Shown: positions 15,329 to 17,076 of the stretch, piece by piece
How the letters are laid out: the number at the start of each line of letters is the position of its first letter
How positions within the stretch are numbered: position 1 is the first letter of the stretch
Assembly (NCBI GenBank): GCA_019358915.1
Contig: JAHHIM010000057.1
Coordinates: forward strand, 1-17,076
Direction: 5' to 3'
Length of the DNA stretch: 17,076 nucleotides
DNA from: Trichormus sp. ATA11-4-KO1
Lineage (GTDB): Bacteria; Cyanobacteriota; Cyanobacteriia; Cyanobacteriales; Nostocaceae
The notes under the pieces: model-generated
Told to the model about the DNA's origin: nothing
The model's database searches: none
Seen by the model: the letters and a program-made list of their open reading frames with translations, nothing else
Translations under genes and position numbers: made by a program

Positions 15329-15643
15329 ATGAACAAGCCATTAGAATATTACACGTCTGTAACTCCTGGAGATGGGAGTTTACTGGATAAACTCCAAAAC
15401 GAGTATGGAAGTACTTTTGAGAAGTTAAGCAGGCTAGAGAAACTGTACATTGTGGGGCTTTTAATTACTAATCTGGTAATGAATGAAGCAGATGCAATAA
15501 CAGCAGATCGTGAAGCAGCAAATCAAGCCAAAGTACATGCTGCTATAACTGCCACAAAATTTCGTAATTTGCCTATTAAGGAACATCTTGGACTAGTAGA
15601 TGCGATTGTCAACCAGCTTAAGTATCACGGGTATAAAAACTGA
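15329..15643 (+). CDS. Hypothetical protein
   Basis: 104-aa ORF co-oriented with the cluster. Confidence 0.7.
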   Translation: MNKPLEYYTSVTPGDGSLLDKLQNEYGSTFEKLSRLEKLYIVGLLITNLVMNEADAITADREAANQAKVHAAITATKFRNLPIKEHLGLVDAIVNQLKYHGYKN

Positions 15644-15954
15644 ATAGCCTTCTTTCAGTTAAGCCCAGAGAAACAAAGGTAATCCCCGCCAGACATGCGC
15701 TTTTAAGAGGGTAAAAACTGATTTTCTACTCTCCCTTAAAGCGTACTTCCCTTATCTGGCAAGTGTTACAGCCACTAATACGTAGAAAAATGCAATATTA
15801 CCAATTTCAGGGTAACAGTTTTTCAACCTTCGTTGCTATAGCAATTTGCTTGAATCAAGCTATCTGGCTATAGCAAGTAACTTAAATCAGGTGAAATGTG
15901 CTTTTTCTACTCAGTAGCTCGGTTTTTTCTTGAGAGAAAGTAAAGAAATTAACA

Positions 15955-16464
15955 ATGGTAAGCAAAAAGTACAGCCAAAAATATAGGCAACTAAAAACAA
16001 AATATGAAAATATCTGCAAAAAACAGATATCAGATATTAGCTGGTATCGATTGATTTCCCAATTGAGGAATTACCTTGATTTTGATATTGAATCACCGAA
16101 GTCCAGCAAAATAATTCACCATATAGCGACCCTAAAGCGCACACATAGAAACTTCCGAATTAATTCAGAAAACTTTGCTGAATCTTGGCAATTATTTCAG
16201 CATTACTACCAGCAGAAAACAGAACTTACTTGTGCTGAATTTTTAGCAGAATTGGCGCAAAAACTTGATTTAAACCAGGTTTCTAAAACATCCATATATA
16301 ACTGGTTTACGAATGCTGGCATTCCTTACAAAGCCGAAAAGAAGTATAAATCATCTGATTTAGCATTGGTAGCCTTCCAAGCGGCAAAATGCCTTAATTC
16401 ACGAGAATTAAAACGCGTTGAAAACGCTGTAATAACTATTGATTCACTTGCAGTAAGTAAATAG
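15955..16464 (+). CDS. Basic hypothetical protein, possibly with two HTH-like motifs
   Basis: ISDISWYRL and VSKTSIYNWF resemble recognition helices; K/R-rich. Confidence 0.65.
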   Translation: MVSKKYSQKYRQLKTKYENICKKQISDISWYRLISQLRNYLDFDIESPKSSKIIHHIATLKRTHRNFRINSENFAESWQLFQHYYQQKTELTCAEFLAELAQKLDLNQVSKTSIYNWFTNAGIPYKAEKKYKSSDLALVAFQAAKCLNSRELKRVENAVITIDSLAVSK

Positions 16465-16475
16465 GAGTTAAATCA

Positions 16476-16967
16476 ATGTCCAAGTTCTACAACAATGTAA
16501 AAGTTCGCCTGAATCGCAAAGGTATTAAAGGCATTCCCAAAACCGAATATTTAGCAGCAGCAGAACATTTTGGTATCAATGACTTAAATAACGTAACGTC
16601 TGAACAAATTATTGCTGGAGTAGATTATCTAATGAACAAGTCATCAACTGAATTAGCAACTGTACCTGCCAACGATTTAGGTATTACACAAGTTGAAGTA
16701 GTAGAGCAACCAGAAGAAACAGAACACTCCGCGGCCACTTCAGAAGCAATAACACTAGACGATGAAGAGGATTTAGAAGACCTCGCCCACGAAACCACTG
16801 AACCCCAACGACAACAAAGCATAGAAAAAGCTGATTTACCAACATTCACCTATGAAGAGGATTCAGAAGCCACCGCGCTTGCATTCCTAGAAAAATCTGA
16901 ATTAGTTGCCAGCACCGCCCACAACATGGGCATTGTACTAGACACACAAGCTGACTTTTCCCGTTAA
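16476..16967 (+). pseudogene. Hypothetical protein with acidic linker, truncated by IS insertion at 16951
   Basis: Good SD (AGGAG); the last codons (DFSR*) come from the IS terminal repeat. Confidence 0.65.
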
Positions 16968-17076
16968 GTCTCAAAAAGCTTGCTCAGAAGGGATTGTAGA
17001 AAAAGCACAGCATACACGGTACACTAATTGAAATTCTGTGCTAAAGGTGACAAGCAATGTTGGATTGGTGGGAGAA
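16951..17076 (+). mobile_element. Left end of an IS4-family (IS50/Tn5-group) insertion sequence, running off the window
   Basis: CTGACTTTTCCCGTTAAGT resembles the IS50 outer end CTGACTCTTATACACAAGT. The ATG at 17057 begins MLDWWE(K), like cyanobacterial IS50-group transposases. Confidence 0.75.

Noticed and set aside
1..17076. Composite transposon bounded by the two IS ends
   Set aside because: The two elements appear to belong to different families (IS5 vs IS4) with unrelated ends.

Overview
A 17-kb fragment of a conjugative plasmid from a filamentous, Nostocales-like cyanobacterium. The host call rests on at least 7 HIP1 GCGATCGC sites, heptamer STRR repeats and the gene families present. 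Both ends run into IS elements: an IS5-family/ISL2-group element on the left interrupts a virB8-like gene, and an IS4-family/IS50-group element on the right truncates the last ORF. From left to right: a minus-strand cyanobacterial-type (MPF_C) T4SS operon (HTH regulator, virB2-, virB3-, virB4, virB5-, virB6-, virB8-like); a divergent small RHH-like gene plus a zinc-ribbon ORF; a CyRepA1-family primase-helicase Rep with an upstream iteron-like array and structured leaders; an RHH / coiled-coil / coiled-coil / Uma2 operon; and a divergent cluster of small hypothetical genes. Most notable observations: (1) cassettes with inverted heptamer-repeat arms, one carrying a four-helix-bundle gene whose removal restores a TAATG stop/start junction, and one inserted in frame (252 bp) in a small gene; (2) a complete candidate -1 ribosomal frameshift signal (internal SD, C_CCA_AAA, 3' stem) that would fuse the RHH-like ORF to the zinc ribbon; (3) several structured non-coding regions. 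All family assignments come from motif recognition and gene order by eye. No searches or folding programs were run.
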